A DNA stretch of 64,000 nt from Puniceicoccales bacterium (GTDB lineage Bacteria; Verrucomicrobiota; Verrucomicrobiia; Opitutales; JAIRLM01). Below, piece after piece: positions 49,301-58,581 of this stretch. The stretch covers positions 1,587 to 65,586 of the forward strand of contig JAITCU010000022.1 in NCBI GenBank assembly GCA_031282835.1, read 5' to 3'. The notes beneath the pieces are model-generated. The model had not been told where the DNA came from. It worked only from the letters and a program-made list of their open reading frames with translations, and made no database searches. The position numbers were made by a program, and so were the translations under genes. How positions within the stretch are numbered: position 1 is the first letter of the stretch; each line of letters opens with the position of its first letter.

Positions 49301-50153
49301 TGCGGATAAAGAGACCGTTATCCGGGGAAACGTTGACCACGGTGACCGCCGAAATCCCCGCCTGGGCGAAACTACGCAGCCCCGTGACGGTCAACGACTC
49401 GTATATGCGCGCCAGGACAATTCCCTGGTTTGCATCCACCACGTCATCGCCTAAAATGAGATTAGAAAGATCCTCCTGGGCCAATAGGTCGGCGACGGAT
49501 CGGGATTGCACGGCATAAAAAAGGTTAAGAATATCCGCATCCGAGCTATGCCCGAGTGCGCGCAAGAATGTGGACGCCAGAAACTTACGTCTTCTTCTGC
49601 GCCGATCCAGGTAAACGTAGACGAGATCGTAGGGATCGAACTGCATTTCGATCCAGGTGCCACGATTTGGGATGATGCGCGCGGCGAAAAGTTGTTTTCC
49701 GCTCACGTGTTCCTCCTCTTCAAAACTGACTCCTGCCGTTCGATGGAGTTGGCTCACCACCACCCGCTCGGCACCATTGATAACAAATGAACCACGATCT
49801 GTCATTAGCGGCAAATCGCCAAATAGCACCTCTTCCGTGCGATCAATACCTTCCTCGATAAGCCGAAGCGTAACATAAAGCCCACCAGCGTATGTAGTTC
49901 CTTCACGAAGGCAGAAAGTTTCAGAAAATTTCGGCGGAGCTATGCGATAGGAAATATATTCCAGGCGACACCGGGTGTCGTAGCTTTCGATGGGAAAAGA
50001 TTCACGAAAAACAGCTTCCAATCCCTGAACGGCCCGATTTTCCGGGGAAACGTCCGTTTGCAAAAAACTACTGTAGGAATCAATCTGAATCTTAATATAG
50101 TTTGGTATTTCAATTACCTCTTTTAACTTTCCAAGATTTTTGCGCTCGGACAT
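46368..50153 (-). CDS. rpoB: DNA-directed RNA polymerase subunit beta
   Basis: Contains [29 protein letters not shown] and [13 protein letters not shown]. Start refined to ATG 50153. Confidence 0.95.
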   Translation of the reverse strand: [1261 protein letters not shown]

Positions 50154-50181
50154 ACAACTCTTCCCCCTTTTGCCTCGGAAT

Positions 50182-50233
50182 AAAAAAAAACGACCGCCCC
50201 CTCGAATGGACAAACAAACCCCGTGAGGCGGCG
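50182..50233 (-). terminator. rplL-rpoB intergenic hairpin followed by a U9 run (attenuator/terminator)
   Basis: The minus-strand RNA reads GCCGCCUC...GAGGGGGCGGUCG followed by UUUUUUUUU (A-run 50182-50190 on the plus strand). Its position matches the classic partial terminator between rplL and rpoB. Confidence 0.5.
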
Positions 50234-50271
50234 CAATTAACCGCCCTGCACGGCCAAGCCCTTCAATGGGC

Positions 50272-50655
50272 TTACTTGAGCTCGACCTTCGCGCCGACTC
50301 CTTCCAATCGCTTCTTTATTTCCTCCGCTTCAGCCTTGGAAATTCCCTCCTTGACGGGTTTAGGGGCGCCTTCCGCAAGATTCTTGCCCTCGACCAAGCC
50401 TATACCAGTAATTGCGCGAAGTTCCTTAATTACGTTAAGTTTGTTGGCGCCCGCGTCCAAGAGAATAACGGTAAATTCCGTTTGTTCCTCGACGGGGGCT
50501 GCCGCCGCTGCCGCCGGAGCCGCTGCCACCGCGACTGGAGCCGCCGCACTCACGCCCCACTTCTCCTCCAACTCGTGCACTAGTGCAGCAATCTCAATCA
50601 CGGACTGTTCGCTCAGCCATTCGATAACCTGATCTTTTGTAAGTTGACTTGTCAT
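50272..50655 (-). CDS. rplL: 50S ribosomal protein L7/L12
   Basis: An Ala/Pro hinge, then [56 protein letters not shown]. Confidence 0.94.
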   Translation of the reverse strand: MTSQLTKDQVIEWLSEQSVIEIAALVHELEEKWGVSAAAPVAVAAAPAAAAAAPVEEQTEFTVILLDAGANKLNVIKELRAITGIGLVEGKNLAEGAPKPVKEGISKAEAEEIKKRLEGVGAKVELK

Positions 50656-50770
50656 TGCATCCTCCCGAGCCTAGCTAGCGACTTGTTCGTCATTTAAGAA
50701 AAACTCCTATCCAAGCTCATCATTGATTTTCGTTTTCGTTCGAATTCCCACCAACGCTGGTGAAAGTGTA

Positions 50771-51301
50771 TTAGCCGGCCTGGCATTTTTCCCCATAGGC
50801 GTTCAACAGCCGTACAAAACTTTGCGCCGCCGCGTTGCAAACCGCCAGAAACTGTTGAAGCGTTGCCTGTAGCAAGGAAAGCATTTGTGCACGGAGCACA
50901 TCCAGGGAAGGCAGCTTGGACAAGGCTAGAATGTCCCTGGCATGAAGGACGCGCGCGCCCAGTCGCCCCCATTTGACGGACAATTTCCCATCTTTCTCTG
51001 GGGCAGACATGAAGGCGTCTAACACCTTCGCCACTCCCGAAGGATTCTGCCCGCCGCTAACGATGGCCGTCGTGCCCTTGAGGGCCCCCAGATTGATTTC
51101 GGGGAGGTTGGCCTCCTTTGCCGCCAACCGCAGAATGGAGTTCTTTACCACGTGGTACTCCGCCGCCTCGCCGCGCAATGCTTTACGCAGCTCGGCCACG
51201 TCCCCGACGGTGAGCCGATCGAAGCCGGCTACGTAGAGATAATCCGATTTCTCAATGTATTCGCGGACCTTCGCCGTTAAAAACTTTTTTTCTTCGCGCA
51301 T
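50771..51301 (-). CDS. rplJ: 50S ribosomal protein L10
   Basis: YLYVAGFDRLTVGDVAELRKALRGEAAEYHVVKNSILRLA. Confidence 0.92.
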   Translation of the reverse strand: MREEKKFLTAKVREYIEKSDYLYVAGFDRLTVGDVAELRKALRGEAAEYHVVKNSILRLAAKEANLPEINLGALKGTTAIVSGGQNPSGVAKVLDAFMSAPEKDGKLSVKWGRLGARVLHARDILALSKLPSLDVLRAQMLSLLQATLQQFLAVCNAAAQSFVRLLNAYGEKCQAG

Positions 51302-51320
51302 GATTCCTACCCTTCCCTTT

Positions 51321-52013
51321 TTACGCAGCGAATAAAGTGCGCACCTCCACGGCGATGGAGGGGCTCATGGTCGCCGAAAGTGCCGCGGATTTGACAAACA
51401 CACCCTTTGCCGCCGCCGGACGTGCCCGCGCCAACGCGGCGAGCGCCTCGTTGATGTTGGCTTCTAGAGCTTCCTTAGTGAAGGAGCGCTTGCCAACGGC
51501 GATGGCGACATTGGCCGTCTTGTCCATTTTGAATTCGCAACGGCCCGCCAGCACCTCCCGAATGATGCTCACGATGTCATCGCCCACAGTCCCCGACTTC
51601 GGGCTTGGCATTAGCCCCTTGGGCCCAAGAATTTTTGCCACCGAGCGTACCTCCTTCATGGCCGCCGTGGTCGCTACCGCCACGTCGAAATCGAACCATC
51701 CGCCCTCAATTTGTGCAATCAGGTCATTCAGCCCCGCATGGGTCGCTCCCGCCTCCAGGGCCACCTCGGGACTGCTGGTAAACGCCAGCACACGCAACAT
51801 CTTACCGTTTCCGTGAGGAAGCCGCACAATGCCACGCACCATCTGGTCGCCCTGTTTCGGGTCCACATCCAGATGAAAGGACAATTCCACGGTTTCATCG
51901 AATTTGGCCTTCGGCATGCACAGCAGGCATTCCACCGCCGCACCCACGGCGCGGGCAGTCTGCAATTCCTTTTGGCTGCCACTTGCTCGGTAACGCTTGC
52001 TTCGTTTTTTCAT
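51321..52013 (-). CDS. rplA: 50S ribosomal protein L1
   Basis: MKKRSKRYRA...FDETVELSFHLDVDPKQGDQMVRGIVRLPHGNGK. Start refined to ATG 52013. Confidence 0.93.
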   Translation of the reverse strand: MKKRSKRYRASGSQKELQTARAVGAAVECLLCMPKAKFDETVELSFHLDVDPKQGDQMVRGIVRLPHGNGKMLRVLAFTSSPEVALEAGATHAGLNDLIAQIEGGWFDFDVAVATTAAMKEVRSVAKILGPKGLMPSPKSGTVGDDIVSIIREVLAGRCEFKMDKTANVAIAVGKRSFTKEALEANINEALAALARARPAAAKGVFVKSAALSATMSPSIAVEVRTLFAA

Positions 52014-52032
52014 TTTGCCCCTCCCAGAAATC

Positions 52033-52461
52033 TCAATCAATTACTGCAATTCCCATGTTGCGCGCTGTGCCAGCGATCATCCGCATGGCCGCTTCCTCGT
52101 TGTCCGTGTTCAAATCCGCTCGTTTGATACGAGCGATTTCGCGTACCTGCCCAGTTGTTACAGATCCCACCTTATTTTTATTGGGCGCCCCGGAGCCCTT
52201 GCTCACCTTAGCCAATTTTTTAAGAAGGACGGACGCCGGTGGTGATTTGAGCTCAAATGTAAAAGACTTATCCGCGTAAACCGATATGACCACGGGAAGA
52301 ATGATGCCCCCCTGATCGCTTGTTTTTGCGTTAAACTCCTTGCAAAAGCCCATAATGTTTACGCCTGCCGCTCCAAGTGCGGGCCCGACGGGCGGAGCTG
52401 GATTGGCGGCACCAGCCGGCAACTGCAATTTGACCACCTTAACTACCTTTTTCTTAGCCAT
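52033..52461 (-). CDS. rplK: 50S ribosomal protein L11
   Basis: [36 protein letters not shown]. Confidence 0.94.
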   Translation of the reverse strand: MAKKKVVKVVKLQLPAGAANPAPPVGPALGAAGVNIMGFCKEFNAKTSDQGGIILPVVISVYADKSFTFELKSPPASVLLKKLAKVSKGSGAPNKNKVGSVTTGQVREIARIKRADLNTDNEEAAMRMIAGTARNMGIAVID

Positions 52462-52467
52462 TTTTGA

Positions 52468-53079
52468 TCACACTTCCTTCTTTGCAATTTGCCAAAATTC
52501 TAAATCCACTGGCGTCAAACGCCCAAAAAGCCCCACCAACACGCGCACATTTCCCGCTTGCTCGTCCATGGTACTGATTTCACCCTCGGATCCCGCAAAT
52601 GGACCATCAATAACCTTCACCAGCATGCCAACGGAATAATTATTTTTAAATTTTTCCGATTTCTCTCCGACTTCCGTTTGGTGGATGATCAAATCGATGT
52701 CCTTCTGCTTCATGGCCAACGGCTTTTCGCCGCCCAGGAACCCGAGCGCGCCTGAGGTAGACCGGATGAACTGCCAGAGCCCGTGGCGCAACTCACCATT
52801 TCCATCGTAAAGATCCAACTCAATGAACAGGTAGCCGGGATATAACTTTTTAACGCGCGTGCACTTGCGCCCGTTCCGGATTTCGCTGATTTTTTCAATG
52901 GGAAACAGAATTTGCCCGACGAAGGCCGCAACACCGGCGCGCACGGCACCTTTGCCGATGGCTGCTTGGACACGCGCCTCAACCCCAGAGGTGACCTGAA
53001 GTGTGTACCACCGCATGGAGTCATTGGCGGGTGCACTTACCGCGGCAATTTCGCCTTCATACTGACCCATTTCATCCAT
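52468..53079 (-). CDS. nusG: Transcription termination/antitermination factor NusG
   Basis: RWYTLQVTSGVEARV...YPGYLFIEL, plus the KOW segment GMLVKVIDGPFAGSEGEI. The start is uncertain (ATG 53079, ATG 53070 or TTG 53118). Confidence 0.9.
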   Translation of the reverse strand: MDEMGQYEGEIAAVSAPANDSMRWYTLQVTSGVEARVQAAIGKGAVRAGVAAFVGQILFPIEKISEIRNGRKCTRVKKLYPGYLFIELDLYDGNGELRHGLWQFIRSTSGALGFLGGEKPLAMKQKDIDLIIHQTEVGEKSEKFKNNYSVGMLVKVIDGPFAGSEGEISTMDEQAGNVRVLVGLFGRLTPVDLEFWQIAKKEV

Positions 53080-53143
53080 TTTGCAACACTTTTGTTCGAC
53101 ATGTTTTCCCGGGAACAAGCCGAGATCCCTTCAGATTGCCGAC

Positions 53144-53335
53144 CTAACGCACCATATCCAGCAGCAAACCCACTACCTGAAACAGGGAAAAATCCACCAC
53201 CGCCACGTATGCGCCTATGAACACCGTTCCCGCGAGTACCACCAAGGACGATCGAACCAGATCTCCCTTGGTGGGCCAACTCGTTTTTTTTAACTCCCTT
53301 GCGGTTTCCGCAAAAAAACTAATTACCTTTCCCAT
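53144..53335 (-). CDS. secE: Preprotein translocase subunit SecE
   Basis: MGKVISFFAETARELKKTSWPTKGDLVRSSLVVLAGTVFIGAYVAVVDFSLF has a single TM segment. It lies between tRNA-Trp and nusG. I moved the start to ATG 53335 because the track start overlaps the tRNA. Confidence 0.88.
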   Translation of the reverse strand: MGKVISFFAETARELKKTSWPTKGDLVRSSLVVLAGTVFIGAYVAVVDFSLFQVVGLLLDMVR

Positions 53336-53371
53336 CGCCTGCAACACCCTCCCGCGGAAAAGCCAACAACC

Positions 53372-53447
53372 TGGCAGGGGAAGAGGGCTTCGAACCCCCA
53401 ACCTGCGGTTTTGGAGACCGCTGCTCTACCAATTGAGCTATTCCCCT
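53372..53447 (-). tRNA. tRNA-Trp (anticodon CCA)
   Basis: AGGGGAATAGCTCAATTGGTAGAGCAGCGGTCTCCAAAACCGCAGGTTGGGGGTTCGAAGCCCTCTTCCCCTGCCA. The anticodon loop is CTCCAAA, and the position between tuf and secE is canonical. Confidence 0.92.
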
Positions 53448-53546
53448 AGCGGCTTATCGACACCTCTTCAAGTTAGAATTTGCGATGTGGGCAAGAAGAT
53501 TTTACAGAAAGTTTCAAAAATTTACCCATTGCACAAGAACCTCGTC

Positions 53547-54737
53547 TTACACAACCACCTCGGTTACCCGTCCGGCACCGACCGTTCGCCCGCCCTCGCG
53601 GATGGCGAAACGCTGCCCCCTTTCCATGGCAATCGGCTTCTGCAACTCAACGGTGACACTCAAATTATCCCCGGGCATTACCATTTCTGCGCCCTCGGGG
53701 AGAGCGATGACGCCGGTTACGTCTGTTGTGCGGAAATAAAATTGCGGGCGATAGCCATTGAAAAACGGCGTGTGCCGACCGCCCTCATCCTTGGTGAGCA
53801 CATAAATCTCGGCCTTAAACTTTGTGTGGGGTAGGATGCTTCCTGGCTTGGCCAGCACCTGGCCGCGCTCGATCTGATTCTTTTCAACGCCGCGTAGCAA
53901 CAAACCCACATTGTCCCCAGCTTGTCCCTGATCCAACAGCTTGCGAAACATCTCCACACCCGTTACTACCGTATCGCGGGTATCCTCTAGGCCAACGATC
54001 TGCACCGTGTCGCCCACTTTGACAATGCCGCGCTCGATGCGCCCGGTGGCCACTGTCCCGCGCCCAGTAATGGAAAAAACGTCCTCAACGGACATGAGAA
54101 ATGGTTTATCGATCTCCCGCTGGGGTTCCGGAATATCTCTGTCGATGGCGTCCAAAAGCGCGCCAATGGCGGCGATTCCCTCCGGTTTTCCTTCTAAAGC
54201 AGCAAGGGCCGACCCACGAATGATGCTGATATTATCCCCGTCAAATTCGTATTTGCTCAAAAGATCTCGCACTTCCATCTCTACCAAATCCAGAAGCTCT
54301 GGATCGTCCAACAAATCCACCTTGTTCAGAAAAACAACGATCTTAGGCACGCCCACCTGCCGGGCGAGAAGGATATGCTCCCGCGTCTGAGGCATTGGGC
54401 CATCTGCGGCGCTAACAACCAAAATGGCCCCATCCATTTGGGCGGCGCCAGTAATCATGTTCTTAACAAAATCCGCATGTCCCGGGCAGTCCACGTGCGC
54501 GTAGTGCCGCTTGTCGCTCTCGTATTCCACGTGCGAAACGGCAATGGTAACCGTCTTCGTTTCGTCGCGGACGGTCCCCCCCTTCGTGATGTCCGCGTAG
54601 GACTTAAACTGGGCCAAGCCTTTATCAGACTGGACTTTAAGCAGCGCGGTGGTGAGGGTTGACTTACCATGGTCCACGTGCCCGATGGTCCCGACATTCA
54701 CGTGGGGTTTCGTCCTTTGAAAGTTTTCCTTAGCCAT
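53547..54737 (-). CDS. tuf: Elongation factor Tu
   Basis: [29 protein letters not shown]...[10 protein letters not shown]...NKVDL. Confidence 0.95.
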   Translation of the reverse strand: MAKENFQRTKPHVNVGTIGHVDHGKSTLTTALLKVQSDKGLAQFKSYADITKGGTVRDETKTVTIAVSHVEYESDKRHYAHVDCPGHADFVKNMITGAAQMDGAILVVSAADGPMPQTREHILLARQVGVPKIVVFLNKVDLLDDPELLDLVEMEVRDLLSKYEFDGDNISIIRGSALAALEGKPEGIAAIGALLDAIDRDIPEPQREIDKPFLMSVEDVFSITGRGTVATGRIERGIVKVGDTVQIVGLEDTRDTVVTGVEMFRKLLDQGQAGDNVGLLLRGVEKNQIERGQVLAKPGSILPHTKFKAEIYVLTKDEGGRHTPFFNGYRPQFYFRTTDVTGVIALPEGAEMVMPGDNLSVTVELQKPIAMERGQRFAIREGGRTVGAGRVTEVVV

Positions 54738-54755
54738 GATGCTTTTCCTTGAGTT

Positions 54756-55997
<1,242 letters not shown>

Positions 55998-56125
55998 GAT
56001 GTAATTGAGTTTGTGAAAGATTTATCATTAGGCGGGTAAAACGTATTTGCCGAAATAATGATTCTCCTTTTGTTAATTTGTTTCCATGGATTTTTCAATC
56101 GGGTGAACTTGCCTGTTTTTTTTGT

Positions 56126-56320
56126 TCAAGTGGATATTTCCCCAATGGCTTTTGCATCTGGCAGCGGGCTGGCCCGTTCTAAAAACGCAGGAAATTTTCC
56201 CAGAAACGAGGTTTCCTGTTTGAGGCCAGGTGGCAGTCCTAGGACCGGGAACGCTTGCAGTTCCCAGTCACCATCAAAAATATTTAGCGCGAATGCGGCG
56301 GTATCGGTTGTACTTTTCAT
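56126..56320 (-). CDS. Small ORF of cassette copy 3 (64 aa); translation unproven
   Basis: MKSTTDTAAFALNIFDGDWELQAFPVLGLPPGLKQETSFLGKFPAFLERASPLPDAKAIGEIST. AAAGGAGAA lies 8 nt upstream of the ATG. Confidence 0.4.
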   Translation of the reverse strand: MKSTTDTAAFALNIFDGDWELQAFPVLGLPPGLKQETSFLGKFPAFLERASPLPDAKAIGEIST

Positions 56321-56353
56321 ATTGAATCTTCTCCTTTGAACTCGAATTCAAAG

Positions 56354-56384
56354 GCTATACTGCTTGAAGGCAGGCGTTTGTCAA
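56354..56384 (-). promoter_or_regulatory. Predicted promoter of cassette copy 3 (TTGACA-N19-TATAGC)
   Basis: TTGACA at 56384-56379 and TATAGC at 56359-56354 on the minus strand, with a T7 tract upstream. Confidence 0.5.
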
Positions 56385-56588
56385 TCACTTTGTAAAAAAA
56401 CATTCCAAATGCAACCGTATGTCGTTCCGATACCCGCCAAATGCTGCAGCGCGCGCGTACTGGCACAAAAGCCAGCCCGTACGGATTATACGGAGCAACG
56501 GACCTGTGAAGTCGAAAATCAACCAAACCGCCTGAACTGTAGATCTTCATACGAACAAAACACTGAAAGTCAAACTCAAATTGCCCGT

Positions 56589-57422
56589 TTACAGGGGGCA
56601 GTTTTCTTCGATCCACGACCAAGGAATGTTGAATTTGTCCGAAACCTTTTGGGCGAGGGCGCGCACGCCAAAAACCTCCGTGGCGTAATGGCCGCAAACG
56701 TAGGCATTTAGCCTCCGCTCGTATGCGAAATCGAAAAAATGCCGGGGGGCTTCGCCCGTGATCACGGAATCGAAGGAAACATCCTCCATGGCCGCAATGG
56801 TGCCGCCTCCACCGCCGGAACAGACGAGCACGCGGTTGATATTTGCTCCGCCAAATTCGAGTCCAATCGTCCGCGGGAACAGGCTTCCCAACGCATTTTT
56901 GAGTGCTTCTCGGGGACCGTTGAATTTTCCAACGGGCATGGTAAAATCATGATCGCAGGGAATATGATGGATCGGCGATATTCCCAATTTGCGCATGATC
57001 AGGGCGTTATTGCCAAATTCTGGGTGGCAGTCCAGCGGCAGGTGGGCACTGTAAACGGCAATGTCATTGTCTAGTAGCAGTTTGTAGTTTTCCCGGCGGT
57101 GGCCGGTGATTGGCAGGCTCCGCCCCCAGAAAAGTCCGTGATGTACCAGGAGCATGTCAACGCCCATGGCGATGGCTCCCTCGATGCTCATCCGATTGGC
57201 ATCTACCGCCGCACCTAGATGGGTGATTTTCCCTGAATTTGCCACCTGAAGCCCATTGTGAGCATTGGGGTAGTCGGAGAACTGAGCAACTCGGAGCAAT
57301 TGGTCACAAAAATTCACGATCACATGCAGGGCATCGTTCGTCGGAGACATATCATTGGCCACGGCCGGTTCCAACGCTTTCCTCGCCAAAGGCGCAAGCA
57401 AAACTTTGTTGTAGGGTTTCAA
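56589..57422 (-). CDS. Nif3-like dinuclear metal center protein (YbgI/DUF34 family)
   Basis: NGLQVANSGKITHLGAAVDANRMSIEGAIAMGVDMLLVHHGLFW and a C-terminal GHYATE. The start may be ATG 57350. Confidence 0.8.
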   Translation of the reverse strand: MKPYNKVLLAPLARKALEPAVANDMSPTNDALHVIVNFCDQLLRVAQFSDYPNAHNGLQVANSGKITHLGAAVDANRMSIEGAIAMGVDMLLVHHGLFWGRSLPITGHRRENYKLLLDNDIAVYSAHLPLDCHPEFGNNALIMRKLGISPIHHIPCDHDFTMPVGKFNGPREALKNALGSLFPRTIGLEFGGANINRVLVCSGGGGGTIAAMEDVSFDSVITGEAPRHFFDFAYERRLNAYVCGHYATEVFGVRALAQKVSDKFNIPWSWIEENCPL

Positions 57423-57531
57423 ACTTTGGCGCGATTATCTCATCATAAAAAGTTGACTTGCGCGCACAAATTTGCAGGGAATTAATTCAGCATTTCGTTA
57501 CTGGTTGCGATTTATTGGAGGTTTGCGATAT

Positions 57532-57834
57532 ATGAATGACTATGGTTTCAACAGATCTTGCAAAATAAAAAGTATTGTTGATATGGGCACGGGGAAAGTG
57601 TTGTACGGAGAATCTAAAGGTGCTGCCACATCGGGGCAGCACCAGAAAGGTTGGGCTGTGCCCGGCGACCCAATAGTGCCACATACGCCACGTGTCCAAG
57701 ATGGAATCCCAAATAAAGGCTCAGGAGGACTGACTACCTCGGTCGTACAAGGAATCTGGACGTGGGTAAAGACAGCGGCGCTGGGAATCTGGCGCGGCAT
57801 TAGGGCCTTATTGGGACTTTTTGGCTGGCGGTAA
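57532..57834 (+). CDS. Hypothetical small protein with a Trp-rich amphipathic/hydrophobic C-terminal helix
   Basis: GGAGG lies 9 nt upstream of ATG 57532. The protein is MNDYGFNRSCKIKSIVDMGTGKV...GIWTWVKTAALGIWRGIRALLGLFGWR. I recognise no family. Confidence 0.45.
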   Translation: MNDYGFNRSCKIKSIVDMGTGKVLYGESKGAATSGQHQKGWAVPGDPIVPHTPRVQDGIPNKGSGGLTTSVVQGIWTWVKTAALGIWRGIRALLGLFGWR

Positions 57835-57894
57835 ATCGGTAAGGCCATTATGTTTGTCGTGCTGCAACCTTTGCTGAAATATGGGGCTACTTAT

Positions 57895-58581
57895 TTAACG
57901 GATGGTGAAAATTTCCACGATCGGCGTAAAGATGGGGCGTAGCTCTTCTAATTCGGTTCGTGCAAACGGTTTTCGCGCACGAAAGGTTCCATCGGCGGCG
58001 TGGGTCGGGACAAAATTTTGCAGTGTAAAGCGGCGCGCGCCTTGGACAATTGGAGCCAGCGCGGGCAGGTCCTCGAGCCGATGCAAGCCGGGGACAACGG
58101 TGGTCCGAAACTCGTGGTCGATGGAGGACTTTTTAATCAATTCCACCGAGCGCAGAATATTTTTTATCAGTACATTGGTACCACATGCTTCAGCATAGTG
58201 GGCCGGCAGATGTTTTAAATCCATGGCAACGAAATCAAACAGATTGGCTTTAAACAGCCCTTCCAAAACATCTGGACGGTGGCCATTGGTATCCAATTTT
58301 GTGGCGAATCCCAATTCGTGGATTTTTGCTAAAACTTCCGGCAAATCTCCGTGTAATGTGGGTTCGCCGCCGGAAATGACAACACCGTCCAGTTTTCCAC
58401 GCCGGGTTTTTAAAAATTCAAAGATGGTTTCCCATTCCACCGGAGATTCCGTCTTCCGTGGCCAAAGGCCCCGGTTGTGGCAATAGGGACAGCGAAAATC
58501 ACACCCCTGGGTAAATAGAATGGTTGCTATTTTTCCCGGAAAATCGATGAGCGTGCATTTTTGCCATCCGCCGAAGATCAT
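57895..58581 (-). CDS. Radical SAM activating enzyme, NrdG-like (anaerobic RNR activase family, TIGR02495-like)
   Basis: MIFGGWQKCTLIDFPGKIATILFTQGCDFRCPYCHN (CxxxCxxC), VISGGEPTL, KLDTNG and HEFRTTVVP. The start ATG 58581 overlaps the upstream stop (ATGA). Confidence 0.7.
   Translation of the reverse strand: MIFGGWQKCTLIDFPGKIATILFTQGCDFRCPYCHNRGLWPRKTESPVEWETIFEFLKTRRGKLDGVVISGGEPTLHGDLPEVLAKIHELGFATKLDTNGHRPDVLEGLFKANLFDFVAMDLKHLPAHYAEACGTNVLIKNILRSVELIKKSSIDHEFRTTVVPGLHRLEDLPALAPIVQGARRFTLQNFVPTHAADGTFRARKPFARTELEELRPIFTPIVEIFTIR

Larger units (their letters stand above)
56040..56384 (-). repeat. Dispersed promoter/small-ORF cassette, copy 3 (subtype C3/C4)
   Basis: Colinear with copies 1, 2 and 4 from the -35 box to the conserved GAACGGGCCAGCCCGCTGCCA block and about 60 nt beyond. 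Confidence 0.85.

Noticed and set aside
56126-56320. Cassettes as type I toxin-antitoxin loci
   Set aside because: The peptides are not hydrophobic or TM-like, and I found no convincing convergent promoter for an antisense RNA.
56317-56711. ORFs 56317..56697 (-) and 56364..56711 (+) between cassette 3 and the Nif3-family gene
   Set aside because: They mutually overlap, have no SD or motifs, and partly overlap the cassette promoter and the Nif3-family gene 3' end.
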